Source of the DNA: Trichoplax adhaerens
Taxonomy: Eukaryota > Animalia > Placozoa
Direction: 5' to 3'
Length of the DNA stretch: 64,000 bases
Assembly: GCF_000150275.1 (NCBI RefSeq)
Contig: NW_002060970.1
Coordinates: 84,197 to 148,196 of the forward strand
The notes beneath the pieces are model-generated. The model was given only the letters and a program-made list of their open reading frames with translations. It did no database searches and was not told the DNA's origin. Position 1 is the first letter of the stretch; each line of letters starts with the position of its first letter. Shown piece after piece: positions 26,001-37,888 of this stretch. A program made the translations under genes and the position numbers.

Positions 26001-29000
26001 CTTTCGATAAGGTGCTATAATACTTTCCTCAAATACAGTTACAGTGAAGCTTTCCATTGTAGTTTCATTTGTTGTTATTTTTCAGTACTCCGAAGTTCCT
26101 TTTGTAACAGCGGATGATACACTCCGGATATTAGCAAATATTAATGAAGAATTGGCAATACATCCATACATAACTGTTCAAACAGCAGAGATTTACAGTC
26201 AAGGTTTAAATCAACTTATATCTAAACTGGCTACAAATGCATCAAATACTGAATTAATTATTAAACTATCACAGGTAGAATAAGTATTAGAATTTGAGTG
26301 TAAATTAACTTACTGCATTTTTAACACAATTGGAATTTGATTTTAAATTACGTATATTTTTCGAATTTCGATCTAAATGAATACCAAATAAGTCCATGAT
26401 CAAAACGGTAGAATCTGTAAGCCGCTCGATTTCAGCTGATTCTAACAAGGTCTGTTATTAGCTTAGTTTTCGCTATAATCAATTTGTATCGCTTACATAC
26501 GTGTATTCTGTAATATCATAAAATTTGTATTTAATGTGGCGAGGTAAGCCATTCAAACAACTAGTTCCAAAATACAGGATATGTGAATTGTAATTAAATG
26601 AATTCTTATTTTTTCAAAAGTACTACTCGCAAAAATTTAGAAGCAAATAGACTTTATTACAGGTTTTTATCAGCAATATTCCTACAGCTTGATGATTATG
26701 ATTTCAAGGACAATCCCTACTGTGATAATTTATCTACCTGTAACCCTAGCTTGTCTGCTACCCAAGAATTTTGAGCAACGGTTATTGATCGCATCAATAA
26801 CACTTATATAAATATACTATTACTGCTTATACATATGAATGATAATTTCCAAAGTTTAGGAATTGTATATAATTTTCTGGTATACACAAGCTCAATATTT
26901 TAAGTTTATTATACGAAAAGATCTTTCCATCTTCAAGGATCATTATCATTTTCGAAACTGTCGTAACATAAACTTTTAATATTATTTATTAGCTTTCAAT
27001 ACATGTGGTATAAGATAATCACATATCACTCAGATGTTCTTTTGTTATGGTTTTACTCTAATGATGTTATTTATTCATCAATTTGCTTAACAGAAAATTG
27101 AAATATCTGTAAATTATACCAAAGTATTGGACAAATTTTTCTTACGAGTGGCCGATAATTTGTTCCCAGGCCAAACATTAAACATAACGGACGACGAAGC
27201 AGGTAAAATTTTGACAACTACTAGTGATTTTAGAAATTATAAGTAAATTAAGTCTAGTAGCGAATTTATATAAGCTCCACTACAATGTCGAAATTTTAAT
27301 TAAGAGGTTAAGATTTAAATTTAGAATGCAGCATATGATAACTAATAATGAATGGAGTGATACCTACAACATTCCATTAAATAAATCTTCATTTGGTAAA
27401 TATTCGTTTATTAATATGGTTATAATGGTTAGGAGATACAATTATCAAGGTCCAAAAGCAGCAACTTCCTGCCAATACTTATCATAATTTTACTGCAATG
27501 TTCAATATTACATCTCCTAACCAAGACAGAATTACGATGCATTTATCTAATATTTTCTACAATCAAAGTTAGTATTGATATTAAAATTCTTTCCCATATT
27601 AATTTATTGACTTTATTTCTTAAATCTACGTTAGGAACTAACTAATTTAGGGATAAATTAGTCGTGATTTAATATTCAATATTTTTACTATTCTACTTTG
27701 TGTAGGTCAGACCGTTAAAATTCTAACGGGAATTTATTCCTTTTTACGGGATGAAATCACGCAAGCAGCTACAACGTAAGTTATTTTCTGATATTTGTAT
27801 ATCTGGAAGATTTATTAGAAAATCGACATATAATTAAATTTTGAAGAGGCTATCCTATAATTGTAATATGACTGAATACCAGCAATGGTAACAAAGTTTC
27901 TTTTATTTTAGCGATAACATCATTTCCGACGTAATAACGTGTAAGATAGATCCAGATCCTCCTGCGGATTCTGGATTAAATTTTCGTTATAGTATCATCA
28001 AATCGGAAAATATTTGGCATCAGTTAGTCAATGTAAGTGAATTAAATGTGGTTTAAGTTAGTTCATGTTTAAGTTCGTTTAGAAATTTCTCAATATGAAC
28101 GTACATTAATAGCACATTATCATATCACTTAAGCTACTATTTCTAAAATTAGTTGATTATTATAGCGTAGAAATATTTAAATTAATGCTAAATCAAGTTG
28201 TGCAATAACTATATGATTATTATTTTTGAATTAAACTAAGCACGCTAATAGTCTGCTTCAAGTCATTCAGTAAAATAATTTACGTTTTGATCCGCCAACT
28301 ATCCGTATATGAGATCGAAGTAAAATAGTTAATAAGCAAATTTAATTGGATTAGGGTACGGAATCGCAGGTGCTTAAGTGCGTGTATTTAAATCTGACAA
28401 CAAGGTATGATTCCTAAATTGATGATTATTCAAGTATAGCAAATTATCAATATGCTACAAATGATTTTCGAACTAAGTTACCAGCAATTCAGAAATCATT
28501 GCCACATGGTTTAAGAATAGTCATTTACATATGCAAAACAGGAATTGGTCTCATTCTGGATGCACTTTAAATTCGAAGATTTCAACACATGTGACGTGCG
28601 ACTGCAATCACTTAACGCATTTTGCCATCATGTTTCAATTCAGTAACGTTAGTAGACATGAACAGATTCCAAAAAGAATTAGGAGATTAAAATTACATTC
28701 TAACGGTCATAAATTTAATATATAATCCAATAACTATATAGTAGTTATATTTCTGTCTAATTTGGTCTTTTTATGTCTCCTAGCTCAATGATCTTCAATC
28801 GCTATTAGCTCCAATTATAATTATTGAATATATTGGCATTGGATTTTCCACGATATGCATTGCTTTAGCTCTTATTGTCTTCGGAGTTCTAAGGTACTAA
28901 GCCCATTGGCAGCTATAAAATTATGACATACTGTATGCCGAGTTCATAGCTAAAATGGTAGAGTAATGATATGGCATAAATCAGCTTATTTCTTTCTAGT

Positions 29001-32000
29001 AACTGTTATTATTTAAATTACTAGCTTCTGTTACAGTATTATACACTGTAATTTCGAGATTAGAGTAAAAATTTTTATGTTAGGATAATTTTTGTTGGTT
29101 TACTCTTATTAAGTGAGTTTCTAATTTAGATATGTGGGGTTAAATATAGCACTAGCTTTTACGGCAGTAATATCCGTATGTTATGTAAACATATAGCATA
29201 CTGAAATTAGTAATTAAACCTGAGGAATCGAGAATAATCTTCTTACAATTCAAATCACGGTGAATGTAACTTATAATAGATCATCGTGGAAAAAATTCGT
29301 GGTATAGCATATTCTAATCTGACTATTTTGTATTAGTCATTAGATGTCTATGTTCGTAAGTACTATTGTCTTCTTTAGGTAGCTGTAGATAAAGTTAGCT
29401 TTTGATCCATTAGAAGGTTTCAACGTTAATATTGCTAACCATGATGTCTAGACTATTATAAAAAGTATATAAATGCAGTATATCGTACTGTAAAGGTCGT
29501 TCTTAAGATTAGATTTTAACGTCAAATACAAAGGGTCTAAGTGTTTTTGTAGTCCACTTGTATAGGAAAAGTATCCTGATAGAATTGATATTGCTCTCTG
29601 ATATATGGTTCAGAAAATCGACTTATTGATCGTAAATTACGTTATCTTGCTGCAAAGCTGTTTTGTAACAAATTTTCATAGAGTTCGATTTACTAAATCA
29701 AGTAATATGTTGAAATAAAATACCCATAATAATAACAATTTCTCACATACTCCTTACGTTAGGCTCAAATCTGATCGATTCATAATTCATCGAAACCTCT
29801 TAGTAGCCTTATTCCTATTGCAGTGTACAATTATTGCTGGGTCTCAATCAGAAGGAAACAAGGTAATCTGGTTTAAGACATATTTTGTATAAAATTTTAT
29901 AGTTAATAATACCCTGGCAGAATATGAGGACCGTAATTACTGTTTTTAAATAATCTAATCGCCTTTAAAAGTCCAAAATTACAAGTTACTCATTATTAAA
30001 ACATGTAAATCGCTTATATTTGAATGCCATTATAGCCTAGCATGTTTAATTATCTACTTATAGACTTTGATTAAATTAATTCTCATTTTTCGGTTAGAAG
30101 TATTACAGACCAATATCTTTAGCCTATTATATTTTGATTGCTCATTGTAGAATTTATGCACCGCCATGGCAATTTTGACACATTTCTTTTGTGTAGCAAC
30201 TTTTTCTTGGATGTTAATCGAAGCTATCCATCTGTATTTTCTCATTATCACCGTATTTAAGAAGAGCAGAATTTCAATTTACTACTTCATCGGTTGGGGT
30301 ATGTTTTACCAACGTACATAATCCTAAACTCAACCATAGTATTTTGAACATACTTAGCTAAGTTTTCATTGCAGGTTTGCCGATCATTACTGTTGCTGTA
30401 ACATTAACAGCCAAGTTTGACGGTTATGTAAACAATAATGGGTCAGCAGTAGCAAAATACTAATATCATTAGCTAATTAACAAAAATTTCATTGTTAAAT
30501 CTATCATTGAAATTTTACTGACTAGCAAAAAGCTATAAAATTACATTCAATAACGATCTTTAAGTTTTACGATCATGATAAGGCTATGCTACTTTATAAG
30601 TTCTTAATAATAAGTCGGTTGTATTATATATTGATTTTATAATAGGGTTTCTAGTTTAAATAAATGCTGGTTAAATACACAAGATGGATTTAAATGGGCA
30701 ATCATGGGACCTGTTATTTCAATTATTGTCGTAAGCAATTAACAGTATTAAGAAAGCGTAACACTATATTTTAGAAATTTATGTAGCACATTTACCCGTT
30801 TTTAAATTCTTGAAGATAGCAAGCTTAATTCAGAAAGGGTGTTTAAGGATTAAGAGCAGTATCTCTTAATTCAATTTTTACTATTTTTATATTGTATAGG
30901 TTAATGCTGTCGTAATGATTTGTGTAGTCAAGATAACTGTTTCATCTAGCATTGCAGATGCTTACAAAAGTGATAATCGTAAAGGAAGATTACAGGGAAT
31001 TAAGTAAGTAGGATAGAAAACCCATTCAACAATATAAGTAATTCATTAAATAGATAATAATTAAACTTATTGAATGTTTCATCGATAGATCAATGATCAA
31101 GGCTAGTGCAATACTAACGCCTATTCTAGGTCTAACATGGCTGCTGGCTTTAATTCCGATCACAAGGCAAACCATTGTATTTGCCTATCTCTCCGTCATA
31201 TTGAATTCTTGCCAGGTATTTATTCATGAAAGTTACTTTTGCATAAAGTTATGCAATTGGCAATATATGCAAGAAATATACAAGGCCTTCTTAGCCCCCT
31301 CTCTCACATTAGCGTAATTTATAAAGTAGAATGAATAGCAATTTCTTTATTATGTACACGCTTTCGTATTAGTTGTTCTGTACAATTAAACCTTTGATTG
31401 ATAACGTAAACTCGATTTAATTTCTATAACAGCGTATTTTAAATATTTTTCCACATTAAAATTCTTTCTGATTATTTGCAATATCCATATATTTTTAATT
31501 ATTATTTGCAGGGCATTACTATCTTCGTATTTCATTGTATCTTAAATAGTGAGGTAAGATTAAGATCTTTAACACTGATAAATTATAATGACTCACTTTT
31601 AAAAGATCAAGACATAACATATCCCAACTAGTTGTAAGATATTAAAAGAATGAATTTTGCTTGTGATGACTGTACCCCATAACCAGAGAGTTTAATCAAT
31701 TATTAAATAGTAATCTTAAATATATTGTCTCGCAGGTTCGTCTAAAATATACTCTTTTAATATCAAGGCGAAGTGCCATCCACTCTTCCAACAAGGTAGT
31801 GTAGAAAAAATGATGATTTATTTTTAGGACATCTAAGATATTAAATACGCGAGTGTAAGCGTAGGGTGCAATTTAATTATTTAATTAAAATTCTTGAGTT
31901 TTATTATTGTGATTACTAAGTTCTCTTTGAAATAAATACGCAGGCTTCCTTATTTATTGATGACAAATCAAACTTAAAAACTGGTAATTCCGATCAGAAA

Positions 32001-32390
32001 GGTAAGTTAGTACACTTTCTGTTTCATTTTTACTAGCATGTTACAATGGGTATTTACTGTCATTTTCTTGCTTTCAAGTGTTATAATAATGTTCTATTTA
32101 ATTTATTTAATTAAACGTGATCAAAAATAACGAATGTACTTCCTTATTGTGTAGATGGCGATTTGAAAGTAGTGCGAATAACGCCGGTAAGCACTAACTG
32201 AAATATGTCACTAGTCAATAGCTTCAACTATGTACTGTATATTACGAAAATTATGTAGAAATTTTAACTATGCTTGATAATTATTGCCGTACCTTACTAA
32301 TTTATATCCATTTATATATAAAAACTATTTTAAAAACAGCCCAGATGTCAGACTAACTGCGAAGAAGCTTGTATAAATCACGTCAAGTAA
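17065..32390 (+). CDS. Adhesion GPCR paralogue B: signal peptide, C-type lectin domain, Ser/Thr-rich stalk, GAIN/GPS, 7TM (about 33 exons)
   Basis: Signal exon 17065-17121 (MQIHLKYFLPFVIWIFGIQ), 17299-17320, CTL exon 19950-20366 (CPDGW...YWLGL...YTNWA..QPN...CA...W....C......ICEK), stalk exons 20723-26011, GAIN exons 26086-28647 with GPS NWSHSGC..TCDCNHL|THFAIMF, 7TM exons 28784-31553, last exon 32340-32390 (PRCQTNCEEACINHVK*). Intron phases are consistent. Confidence 0.92.
22620..22860 (+). repeat. Dispersed repeat, copy 1 (intron of aGPCR B)
   Basis: gagtctgcagtcagg...atctacctacagtacgactct...cctatcgtc aligns with 32550-32785. Confidence 0.8.
23019..23057 (+). pseudogene. Probably dead duplicate of a 39-nt stalk micro-exon (donor GT changed to AT)
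   Basis: Region of about 22960-23200 is a tandem copy of about 23205-23410. The first exon copy ends atatcag|ATATAG, the second (23269-23307) ends atatcag|GTATAG. Confidence 0.7.
24660..25100 (+). repeat. Coding tandem repeat with a 33-nt / 11-aa unit ([DN]xRLSxST..E/K) in the largest stalk exon of aGPCR B
   Basis: Units such as NDRLSSNTGME / DDRLSLSTEVK / NSRLSSDTATE / DDRLFSSTVVK / NDKLSSNITTE / DDRLTSSTATE in exon 24538-25170; about 12 copies. Confidence 0.9.
29029..29670 (+). mobile_element. Solo-LTR-like element, family A, in the TM1-TM2 intron of aGPCR B
   Basis: TGTTAC...GTAACA, aligns along its length with 619-1252; empty site in paralogue A (about 4385). TSD not clean. Confidence 0.88.
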
Positions 32391-32549
32391 AGAATTTTCG
32401 TAACTAGCGGAGAAAAATTATATGCTCTTTACAGTACTATGAATGAATAAAACTGAATGTATTTTGTTATGCAAAATATTGAGGTTGGTCTTGCAAATCT
32501 ACATTTATAACGTGAGAAAATTTAAATGATTGCAGAAAACTAGCTCAAC

Positions 32550-32785
32550 GAGACTGCTGTCAGACTTATTCTCCCTAATATCTACCTACAGTAAGACTCT
32601 AAATACAGACAATCTCCTATCGTCTATAGTAATACCACTAGTCACTCGTAGACATGACTGAACCCAAGCCTTACTGAGAAATTGTTCAATTTTCATTCTA
32701 TATTAAATCAATAAGCATTAGCCATCCATCTATATATATTATTATAAAATGATGCAATTATCTACTTAAAAAATGTATAACATGC
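32550..32785 (+). repeat. Dispersed repeat, copy 2 (downstream of aGPCR B)
   Basis: Homologous to 22620-22860. It lies in a segment missing from the corresponding flank of paralogue A. Confidence 0.8.
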
Positions 32786-34198
32786 AGATAACGGAATATT
32801 AACCGACGTATATAAGAGAAGTGTTTTTGTAGGAAAGTCTCTTAGTGACAGTTGGCTATTACTTTGCACCTACCAGGTAAATCTGGTAATCCATGCTATT
32901 TCCTTGACTGCTATTATCTGCAAGGATTTAATACATTTGGTAATTCGTTGTGATTATTTATTTCATGTTTATTTGAAAAACTGTAATCAATAAGAACCTT
33001 TTGGATCGATCGGTTTCGCCTTGCAATCCCTTCAGCTAAATTACTATATAATGAAAAGTGTGTGCCTATGTTGCTCAATGTGAATTATAAGTGATAAACC
33101 GAATGGGAATTGCCACGATTTGAAAGGGTGAGCATGAAATAACGTGTTTAAAAATTAGACGCAATTCTTGCAATAATGACACGTCGCTCTATTTGATAGT
33201 TATGGCAGGTGAACCTTACCGAATAATGTCGGGTAGCTTAGAATATTATGATCGATTTGCAAACTGTTTTACCAATAGAGAGTCGTACCTTACAACAGGA
33301 ATTACTATTTTAGGCATCATCAAAGCGTACTACAGCAGTAGAAATTGTCATTCATGCCGCAGTTACTAGTGTACATAACGATTCAATTTGGCGAAAATGT
33401 TCAAGGCAAATTATTAATTTGGAGTAGACTAAATCATTATGATGATTTTAATGATGATACATGGGTCATTCGTAGGTGTACAGTACTTGTTCGTTATTTC
33501 CATATCACGGAAATTATTATGCAATTTAAAATACAGTAATTCTATACGTAGTACATATTCACCAGAGGGTAAAAATTTTACTAGTAATTTATAAATTGCT
33601 GGCTCTTGATGGACTATATGCCAACATACTTGCACGCCTAGATGCCTTTACGTTGTCGATGTATGTGTACGACGAGATTGGTCTAGTTAAGCATAAAACT
33701 GCTATCCGAATTCTATCCTGATTACAAGTATGTACTTCTTACACTCGTCTATCTCACTCAACCCTTGAAAAATCCGGCAAACTTTATCTACTCTGCCAGA
33801 GTTGCTCAAATTATATTGATATGTCACGACTACTTATACCACAAGTAAATCCATGGATTGCATGCAAGAGGGAGAGAGAGATTTTTAAAAACGTTATTCA
33901 TTGCAATACAATCATCGATTGTAATCTTGTTTTGAGTATTGGATCTTTGACGAAGAGTACAGCAGTCCAAATGTATTACAACTTTGAAAGCATCTGGCGA
34001 AACTTGAGATCCTGCCTGATTTTTGGATGGTTATCCAAGTAACAGTCACTTCGGAGATGAACATTCTAATCAGATTGCAAGGCCTCTATCATCAATGTGC
34101 TAGCTAGAAATTCCTATACAGTAAAATTACATGGAATCTTATTATCTACGACTAGAGTTTTGCTAGGAAATAGCTCAATAAGAAGGCAAATCCCACCC

Positions 34199-34622
34199 TG
34201 TTACGGTGTTATCTCACCATTTGAATAGATTTACGTAATGTTAGCTAATATGGTAGAACTGATGATAACTTGATGTTGTTGTTTACTAAATATTGTCGAT
34301 ATATGACCATGTTATGTTAAATGGATTATTTGACAGTATCGGTAATATGTAATAATGATTACTATGACTTAACAGAATAATCTCATACTATCTCTTAGTC
34401 GTAATCATGTGTAATGAGGTATCCAAGTTGTTTTTATTATTGTTATGTTCGATTATCATCGAGCCCTATGAAAGCGAGTGCGCTGCGCAAAAGGCTCTAG
34501 TTGTTGTAGTTCTCCAGTTTGTAAGTCGTCTTTACGTAAAATAAAAGGGCGTTTAAGTCATAAGTTTGCTTAAGGACTTTTATCTTGCGTTTCCTTGCCA
34601 CAAACAATTCCGGTTTGTGACA
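34199..34622 (+). mobile_element. Solo-LTR-like element, family B
   Basis: TGTTAC...GTGACA, TSD CACCC/CACCC; near-identical copy at 55735-56145. Confidence 0.93.
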
Positions 34623-35084
34623 CACCCGATTTCAATTTGGGCCAGTGATTGAGAAAATAGACATGCAAGTTCCATCTATACCAGAGAAATTATTTTCCAC
34701 ACTGATTCGGTCGCCAAAATGTCCGTCCATCTATAATCCAACCACTGCAACTCACTCACACCGTACAGTGTACAGTGTACAGTACACTGTACAGTACTGT
34801 CGTTCCGTATCATCCTGTGTTTTGGTAACAACCGATTGGATATCATAACAGTACCGTAGTCAAGATGAACTCAGTCTGAGCTGGTACAAAGTCATGATCA
34901 AGCAATCATCGCTTAGCACAGCAATCATGGCTAACCGGAGTATCAAACTTATAATTACATTTCCTCCAAACAAAAACAAGAGAAACAGACCCAATATCAC
35001 GAACTTAATACAATACTAGAACCCGCAAAGATCGTCAGATCCTCAGCCATGATGGACGATCGGACAGACAGACTCAGTAAAACA

Positions 35085-35310
35085 CTCTACAGTGTACAGT
35101 ACAGTACAATATTCTACTGTACTGTACTGTACTGTACTGTACAGTACTGTACAGTAGAAAAGCATCAATCTCAGTGGACCTACACATTGCACACTCAATT
35201 TGCACAGTGCTCTATTGCGCAACACTACTGTACCGCACCGTACCGTTCCGTTCCGTACCCGATTCAACTATTCAATTCGTACCAGCAGTCTGTATTGGCT
35301 CATTGGCCAC
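35085..35310 (+). promoter_or_regulatory. Putative PLEKHB promoter: (CAGTA/TACTG)n array followed by two inverted CCAAT boxes
   Basis: Pentamer arrays at 35088-35155 and 35226-35260; ATTGG at 35294 and 35302; ATG at 35335. A second short array lies at 34762-34800. Confidence 0.6.
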
Positions 35311-35334
35311 TCGGAAAATTTTCAAGTAGCAAAC

Positions 35335-37888
35335 ATGTCCTATCCTCAAGTTGCCCGTGAAGGATACCTTCAGCGATTAAGTAAGTCGACAAACATAGAA
35401 TGAAAATAGTGATTGAAAGCTTGTTTAACTCTTTCTTGGCTTGCCCTTCCTGATTGTACTGGTAACCACACTTTACAGTACGCGTTATGGCGCTAATAAT
35501 ACTCTAGTCTTGATTAAGTTGAACAATCATCATTGACAAGAAAGCGTATCATAGCAATGAGATAATTGCCCCGTTCCAAGGATACCGCAATAATCCATCA
35601 TCATCATATGCAGTCTACTGTCAATACACAACAAGGATACTTTACTCACTTATTTCTGTCGTCTCCTTGAATCAATCAACACCTACGGTATTCATAGAAC
35701 GACTTTTCAGTCGTGTCAGGATAACATCAACCACGCTCATCAACGGTCGGCCATACGTCTGTACTTTGCCATCGCGTTAAATAAATAAAAAAACGAACCT
35801 AAATAAACCATCTTGCTAATTAAAGTATGTCGTATCATCAATACAAAAAGGTAGATGTACTGATCCTTCTTTCCAATACGTAGAAATAATGCTACAGAAG
35901 TCGTTACAACAGTATTTCTAGACTGTCAAAGAAGATACTCATTTTTTTTTTCAAGTCGACGCATAGAGGTGTACTGTAAAGCCGTCGAAGAAAAATTACA
36001 AGTTCAGTAGTTTACATTAAACCAAAGATGCCAGTGATGTCACCTGCAGATAGGCTAAATTAACCATCTTTCCATGGGGTTGCTCATAGGAAAACGAAAT
36101 TAGATTTCATTGAAAACGTTCACACAAATTGCTTCATACTCTACAGCTAGATAGACTAATTCAACACGATTAAACTCATCTCTTCCATTATCTTCATTGT
36201 ACAGCCACAATCCTTAAAAGATGGAAGTCGTCCTATTGCTACTTATATCATACTGGAGAATTCGTTTATCATGAAAGCCATGGTGGTAATGTTGACGGCC
36301 GAATTTACACTAAAAAAGGAGGCTTAGCTGTCTACAGTGGAATCAGTTATCAATCGCCTCGAAAACCTGAAGGTGTTGATTATTATAGCATGCTTGTTTT
36401 TGTCGAAAATAATGGTACAGAAACTTACTTTTTGTGTAAGGATGCCGAAGACGCCCGGTATGCAATTGCTAATTATTATCTTAAAACCGCCTTTTAATTG
36501 TTTCACTGCCTGCAGATAATAGTAAACAAACTGACAGTACTAGTTGATAGGATAGTGACTAGCTTGCTAAAATCCTGCACAGTATTCTGTAGGCAGCTCA
36601 GTTGGTGTTGATAAGGATAAGCTATTCGTTGTTTTAACTATCTCTTATTGATGAACTTTTAGACAGTGGAAAGCTGCTCTAGATTATCAGTTAGGAAATG
36701 GTACCATGGTAAGTTAAGTTCTGCCCGCAATATTAGATAATAAACATGACATGGTCTTGCCGGTGTGACTTAAGCACTCTAAGTGACTTTGATAAAAAAT
36801 CATGTTCACGTTGTGTTAAAGTATGAAGAATAGAACTATAACAAGTCATACTAAGTTACTAAAAATGATTACCAAATACATAATGGTAATCGATAATTTT
36901 GATATAAAATAGTAGATGCTTAGGCAAGATTTGCCACAGTAGTCAGTGTTTCACCTGTTGTTCAACGCCCAAATTGGTAATGTCATGTAAATTCATACAG
37001 TATCAAAATGCTGATATTCCTTTTATCAATCCTTCAGCCTCAACCTGGCACTGCCTATCCTGGCGCAGCGCCACCACCTGCTGTTGGAAGTGGACCTGCA
37101 CCACCTGGTTTTACAGCTGGAGTTCCTCCTCGTGAGTATTTCTGCTTTATATTAAAATATAATCTTAATATGGCTATTCCATGTCAACATGGAATTCTTG
37201 TAGATCATTTGAGCGATACAAATCGATTTGTGTTATTTCAAGTCGTTATATTGTAAGCTGGGAATAGTACAGTTTAAGCAAATTACACAATTATTCTGTA
37301 AGACAAGATAGATTTAAGGTCACTGAGAAGCCAAGGAAATCGTCGACTTATACATGATAGACTAAATTAAAAACATTCCATTATTTTATCCTTGCAGCAT
37401 ATCCAGGACAGCAGCCATCAACTACTTATCCATCACAACCACCAAGTGCTTATCCAAAACAACCACCAAGTGCTTATCCAACACAACCACAAACCGCTTA
37501 TCCAACACAACCACCGGCGGCTTATCCGGCTGCTGGACAGCCACCTGTAGTAGGAGCCCAATACCCGTCTTATCCTGCTACTCAAGTACAATATCCAGGT
37601 GTAACTCCAACAAATGTTGCTTCAACCACGACAGTTCACGTACATGCTGGCTATCCTCGTCGCCATGGACATTCAAGTGTGGGTGGCTTTGGCGTTGGTC
37701 TAGCTTTAGGTGCTGGACTCGGCTTAGCCGCTGATAATCATTTCCATCACCATCATCATCATGGTTTTGGACATCATCATTTCGATCATCACCATGACTT
37801 TGGGCATGACCACTTTGAACATCATGACTTTGGGCATCATGACTTTGAACATCATGATTTTGACTGTCATGATAGCCATTTTGATTAG
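35335..37888 (+). CDS. PLEKHB2: Evectin / PLEKHB-like PH-domain protein with Pro/Tyr-rich repeats, Gly-zipper hydrophobic segment and His-rich C-terminus
   Basis: Exons 35335-35380, 36205-36457, 36663-36708, 37038-37131, 37398-37888. EGYLQRLTTILKRWK...PEG....ML......ETYFLC....AR.WK.AL matches the evectin PH domain (human: SGWLLRQSTILKRWKK). GVGLALGAGLGLAA matches the evectin C-terminal anchor. Confidence 0.85.
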
